DNA from: Eledone cirrhosa
Lineage: Eukaryota
Direction of reading: 5' to 3'
Assembly (NCBI GenBank): GCA_964016885.1
Contig: OZ024740.1
Coordinates: forward strand, 41,974,001-42,038,000
Length of the DNA: 64,000 nt
Positions 58,272-64,000 of this stretch are shown here, in pieces. The notes below the pieces were generated by a model, which worked only from the letters and a program-made list of their open reading frames with translations, was not told the origin of the DNA and did no database searches. The position numbers were made by a program, and so were the translations under genes. Position 1 is the stretch's first letter, and the number at the start of each line of letters is the position of its first letter.

Positions 58272-58432
58272 CGAAACATAAGTCAATTGCATGAACTCAT
58301 AATCCTTTTTTACTGCTATATATATTTCGATGAGAGCCATTGAATGGCTATGACCTCATCAGGCAGTTAGTCAGTTCTTAGATATGGCAGCTCTCTGTTT
58401 ATAATGTTGATCGTATCAGAGCCTTGGGACAT
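58267..58432 (-). mobile_element. Family F solo copy with HHR at 58312-58367
   Basis: Homologous to 29958-30125 with the same terminus (TA)|GTGACGAAACATAAG. Confidence 0.8.
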
Positions 58433-58460
58433 ATATAAATATATATATATACATATATAT

Positions 58461-59082
<622 letters not shown>

Positions 59083-59085
59083 TAC

Positions 59086-59166
<81 letters not shown>

Positions 59167-60777
59167 TGTAAACGTTTGGAGTTGGAAGGCCAATTCAATG
59201 CAGGTATGGGCATAGAATATAAATGCAATTGCAAAAGATATTGTTGACAATTAGTTTTTTACCTTAAATTTATTTAAATATCCTTAATTTTCGAGATAAT
59301 ATCTCTTCTTCGGAGGGAAGTAAAGGGGTTAATCCAGTGTTCTAATTAGCTTGCCAAGTCATGCTGAGAGGAAATGGTATAGAGATTCCATTCTATCTCT
59401 AATGTCAAAGAGTGAAGGTTAGGTGGATAAAGAGTTGTCTCCCTTTAAAAGGGGTTTTGTACATGTATGTTTAAGTGTGTGGGAGAATACGTGAAGGCGT
59501 AAGTATGCGTGTGTGTGTGTGTGAGAAGATATGTCTATATGTAAATGTGGGGCTAGATGCTCTATCATGTTAAGACTGGGCTTAACTGTGTATGTCTGTG
59601 TGTGTAAGAGAGAATACGTGGAGGTGTAAGCGCGTGTGTGTGTGTGCGTGTGCGTGTGTGTGTGTGTGAGAGGGGGGTGTAAGTGTGGGGCTAGGTGCTC
59701 TATCATGTTAAAAATTGAGTGTTGAGTTCTAGTCTATTATTGATTGGTGGTTGCGTTTTGTCTATAATCAGTGCTTCCTTAATTCTAAGATTGCCGAGGT
59801 TTCTTTCCTTAGTTTCTATCGTAACTCTTATGTTTTTGTCGGTGTTTTTGCAATTAACTAGGTGTTTCTTAAATGAGGAAGCGTTAGTATTGAGGTGTTC
59901 TTTTATTCTTACGTGAAGTGGTCTGCTGGTGCTACCTACGTAGAAGTTGCTGCATTTGTCGCACTCTAGTCTGTATACGATGTAAGCCTGGTGGCATAGG
60001 TCTGTGTCGTTGATGGGGCAGTTGAATAGCCTGCAGCAGCTGTTATGTCTGGTGGAGTGTCTTTTGGTTAGCTGTCCGCGTAGAGAAGGTCCTGAGTGGG
60101 CTAGTTGGATATCTAGCCCCTCTCGTCTGATAGCTCTGCGGATGGCTGTTGTTGTTTCGTCACTGAAGTGTGGGAGCTTCAGGAAGCAGGTATTAGTGCC
60201 ACGGGTGTGGTGTCCTCTGTTGTTTCTGGCACGCTTCGCGGTGGACGTCGTGTATCCGTTCAGTTTAAGTACTTCCAGGAAATATGTGGTGTGTGTGTCT
60301 CGGTCTCTTGCGTCGGTTCATTTCTTCCGGATACGTGTTAGTTCGTTCCTTATGTATCCGAACTTAGCGCTGGCTGGGAGGGCCGATCTGAAATGTACGA
60401 ACAGGTCCCTGCTGGCGGCTATTTTATAGAAGCAGGTGTGGATGTTGCATTCCTCTATTACCCTGAGCTGGAAGTCCAGTAGGGATAGATCCGCGGTCAT
60501 CGGGGTGTTCCATGCTGAACTTTATACTGGCGTCCATGCTGGAGAATGTTGTGTATATTTTATCCGCCTCCTCACGGGATGATGTAAGGATATGAAGAAG
60601 AGATATTATCTCGAAAATTAAGGATATTTAAATAAATTTAAAGTAAAAGACTAATTGTCAACAATATCTTTTGCACTTGCATTTATATTCTATATCCATA
60701 CCTGCATTGGTCTTGGCCTTCCAACTCCAAACGTTTACACCTCATTAGGCAATGCTTCAAGTAAACTACAACTTCCT

Positions 60778-60780
<3 letters not shown>
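59167..60780 (-). mobile_element. 5'-truncated Penelope-like element (RT thumb + GIY-YIG) with inverted terminal repeat
   Basis: RDLFVHFRSALP..YIRNE; C..CP..LC..IVYRLECDKCSNFYVGSTSRPLHVRIKEH (59716-60590); IR 59167-59311 / 60594-60739 plus ~40-nt tail. Confidence 0.85.
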
Positions 60781-60827
<47 letters not shown>

Positions 60828-60828
<1 letters not shown>

Positions 60829-60964
60829 CGAAGGAGGTGTGGTAAGGTACCAGATGGACCATAACGCACCAGAGTACTCAATACTTAGGGTTGTAGAGTG
60901 GGTAATAAGAAAATGTTTAACCCCGACGGTAGAGCTCTGCCGTCCGGGTTAAACATTTTCCTAT
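60828..60964 (-). mobile_element. Family A copy folded back at the HHR stem III palindrome
   Basis: Axis within AGAGCTCT (~60931-60938). Confidence 0.8.
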
Positions 60965-61474
60965 ATATATGTATATGTATGTATGTATGTGTGTGAGTAT
61001 GTATATATAGCTGTCTAATCACTGCCGAGTATAACCACCTTTTGCGCACCCTTCCACTTTCTCGTTAAATATGTTAAAGATGATCCACATAGAGAGTGTT
61101 TGATGTCAACAGTAGAAAAGAAGAAAGAATAGAAGTTTTGTAAGAAAATGAAACTGGAGTATCTTTCATTCTCGAAACAAACACGTAGTTGTGTATTTTT
61201 TTCTGTAAAAGATCTAAAAGATATACATAGATGTAGAGGCCGATTATCTAAGCTGAGTGATACTCGTGTGAAAACTTGTGATGGTTCTATTTGTTCTATG
61301 ATTCTATATATATAATATAAATAATAATTCAGTCGTATAGCAGTAAGCTATTATGATTCAATTGTAAATCAAAATATGGTCAAGGTCATTGCTGATAAAG
61401 GAAGAAGAAGAATTGTTATCGAATGGATACAACATGTTATGGTGCTTACATATGTATGAATTTTGTGTATATGT

Positions 61475-62455
61475 ATGATCCAACCCACACCAAACACTCC
61501 ATAGCCAATTCCTCCGCCTTCGTCTACTCTGTAGCCAGGGCAACGATTTCGAAACCCATTCCCTTCGCATGGCTTCCTGCTTCATCCAGCGTGGATATCC
61601 CCCCACCTTGATCCGATCTGCTCTCATCCGCGCCCGTGAAACAGACCGCACCACAGCCCTCTCACCATACCCCGCCCTCCCAACACCCGTGTTCCTTTCC
61701 CTCTCACCTACCACCCCATCACCCTATCACTCCGGCGACATATCTTCCGTTCCTTCCGTATCCTCTCTTCTGACCGCGTCACTTCTCGCTTTTTTCCAAA
61801 CCCACCCATTACTGCTTTTAAGCGCGCCCGAAACCTCCGTGACCTTCTGGTTCGCAGTTCTTTTTCGTCCTCCCCCACGAGTCCACCCGGCTCTCATCCT
61901 TGTTCCGGTTCCCGCTGCAACACTTGTCCCTTTATTTCCACCCTCACCATTCTTACAGGCCCTAATGGGTCTTTCCGTATCCGCCATTCCTTCACCTGCA
62001 CATCCACCCACGTTGTCTATACCCTCTGGTGTTCCCTTTGCGGGTCTTTATATATCGGACAAACGGGACGCCGTATGGCGGACCGTTTTGCCGAACATTT
62101 GAGGAACATACGACTCGGTTTGGATACTCCTGTCGCCCGTCATTTCTGTTCTCCTGGTCATTCTTCCCTACATGTTTCAGTCCTGAGTGTTCTAAAAAAC
62201 AAATCATACAGAAAACACCAGCTCCCAACAGTTTTGCAAGAGATGTCAACATGAATGGACCTATTATTTTTATCTAAAGACATTTTTTTCCAATTCCATC
62301 CCGCCCGTCCCCTTAATTTATTTTATTTCTCATTCTTTTTTCTGATGAAGGACTAGCGTCCGAAACGTTAAGACCCTCTTCTTGCTATTTCAAGCGTTAA
62401 CCTAATATATACCTTCCATATACTGTACCGATTGTGTTGTTACTTCTGCTTACCT
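61475..62455 (+). mobile_element. 5'-truncated Penelope-like element (Neptune-type) with 3' HHR
   Basis: FLRLRLLCS..RGYP, NLRDLLVRS, C..RCNTC, FTCTSTHVVY..C..C..YIGQTGR..RFAEH; frameshifted. Confidence 0.85.
62340..62372 (+). ncRNA. Minimal PLE hammerhead ribozyme
   Basis: tt CTGATGA a-ggac tagc gtcc GAAAC GTT aa, downstream of the GIY-YIG remnant. Confidence 0.8.
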
Positions 62456-62515
62456 TTTACATACATATATATATAAATAAATATATATATATATATATAT
62501 AAATAAAAAAAAAAA

Positions 62516-62549
<34 letters not shown>

Positions 62550-62630
62550 ACATATATATATATAAACATATGTATATAGGTATATATATATATGTGCGTA
62601 CATACATACATACATATATATATATATGCG

Positions 62631-62786
<156 letters not shown>

Positions 62787-62809
62787 TGTATATACATATT
62801 AATGTATAT

Positions 62810-63301
62810 TCAAAATAGGGAGCGCACGGGACAAAGACAATGGAAAAAAAACAACAACGGAAAGACGACAGATCATCCCATCTCCTCAGTCAAAAACTGG
62901 AAATCACTACGGTTTCGGTGTATTAACAACGATACCGTTCATTCCAGTGGACATTGGGACACAACAAACAGGTAGAGACAAGTTATGTCTTTACTCAAAT
63001 CACACAAATACAGAGTGCGCAAGTGTTTAGCCAAAGTAGAAAAATATAGAAAGGTGGGAAATAGTAAAACAAAAGGGAATAAACACTGTTGTCCGACGTG
63101 CAGACAATGAAGGACACTGAGGTGTAGAAAAGGTAAGAAGGAACAATAGGGGAAAACAAGCCGGGTGGTGTGTGGTCTATTATATGATAGTTTAAAAAGG
63201 CCCGCCTGGCTAAGTCTTTAGAATATTAATTCAAAATAAGGAGCGCACAGGACAAAGACAATGAAAAAAACAACGGAGAGGCGGACAGTCCCATCTCCTC
63301 A
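62810..63301. mobile_element. Element with ~75-bp diverged direct terminal repeats (~420-bp period)
   Basis: 62810-62888 vs 63230-63301. Confidence 0.55.
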
Positions 63302-63764
63302 TAATATACCCCCCCCACACACACATATATATGTATATATATCTTTGTTGTCTTCTTTGTTCTGTCCTACACCATCTTGAAAAAACAAGATGCTGTAGGA
63401 CAAAACAAAGGTGAGACACAAAATAACAAAAAAAGTAGGCACCGAGGTCACAGAATGTATGTCGAAAGAGATTTGACAATCAACAACTAAACAACCATCC
63501 GGTTATCAAACCAGCCGACTGGGAATTTATAATAAATGGAAGTGAAATCCAACAGGTGCGTGTGGTTTATTGGCAACCTGACCCTCCCAAACTATAACAA
63601 TATACATATATACATGCATACATATATATATCTGGAGTCGCGACCGATAGTTAGTATTAGCAATTGGAAAGACTAATGGAAACATTGTTTCCTCGGTCCG
63701 ATTTGACGAAAGTCGATCAACTGTCGATATATATATATATATACATACATATATATATAATAAT

Positions 63765-63995
63765 ATTCATACTGAACCCAGTCGTTGAAATGTTCATAGT
63801 ACAATAAACCTTTAAGGAATTACATCAGTCCAGCCTCCTGTTATTTTATTATAATTAACTCCGTACTCGCACCACCAACAACACAAACGAAGACGGGTGA
63901 GTTGCATTACGTCAATTGCTCTCCCTAATATTACATCAAGGTTGACTATACGGAATGACCAGTTCTATCCAGTGGTGAACCAACAAACCTAAATG
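63765..63995 (+). mobile_element. Family H copy
   Basis: Reverse complement homologue of 33392-33620; retains GAAA tgttca TA gtac. Confidence 0.75.
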
Positions 63996-64000
63996 TACAT

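Noticed and set aside
62904-62950. HHR-like motif (cac..tga..ggt/acc GAAAC c GTA gtg) on the minus strand
   Set aside because: 5' core too degenerate to call.

Overview
AT-rich, microsatellite-saturated animal genomic DNA. It is most likely an octopus or other coleoid cephalopod, inferred from the tRNA-derived SINE families and an RTE LINE carrying three C2H2 fingers. No host protein-coding exon could be supported; nearly all ORFs in the track are (TA)n/(CA)n artefacts. Coding remnants are all transposon-derived: two RTE-superfamily LINEs (16.4-19.0 kb, 44.8-49.1 kb), three Penelope-like (PLE) RT/GIY-YIG fragments, an R4/Dong-like RLE element, a CRE-like 3' end and an Expander-like RTE fragment. 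Non-coding elements include a hAT MITE holding three tandem Helitrons, many SINEs and a Tc1/mariner-type MITE; there is also a 200-N gap. The most notable signal is that most short unique 'islands' inside the (TA)n tracts are fold-back mini-elements from more than ten different families. Most carry a type I hammerhead ribozyme (HHR) or its 3' half. Families seen in several copies use two fixed termini joined to (TA)n, several fold back at the ribozyme's own stems, some occur as circularly permuted tandem monomers (591 and 644 bp), and three families have a compensatory U3:A8 core. This looks like a (TA)n-targeted population of non-autonomous PLE/retrozyme-like elements. All structures were read by eye; no activity or database search was tested.
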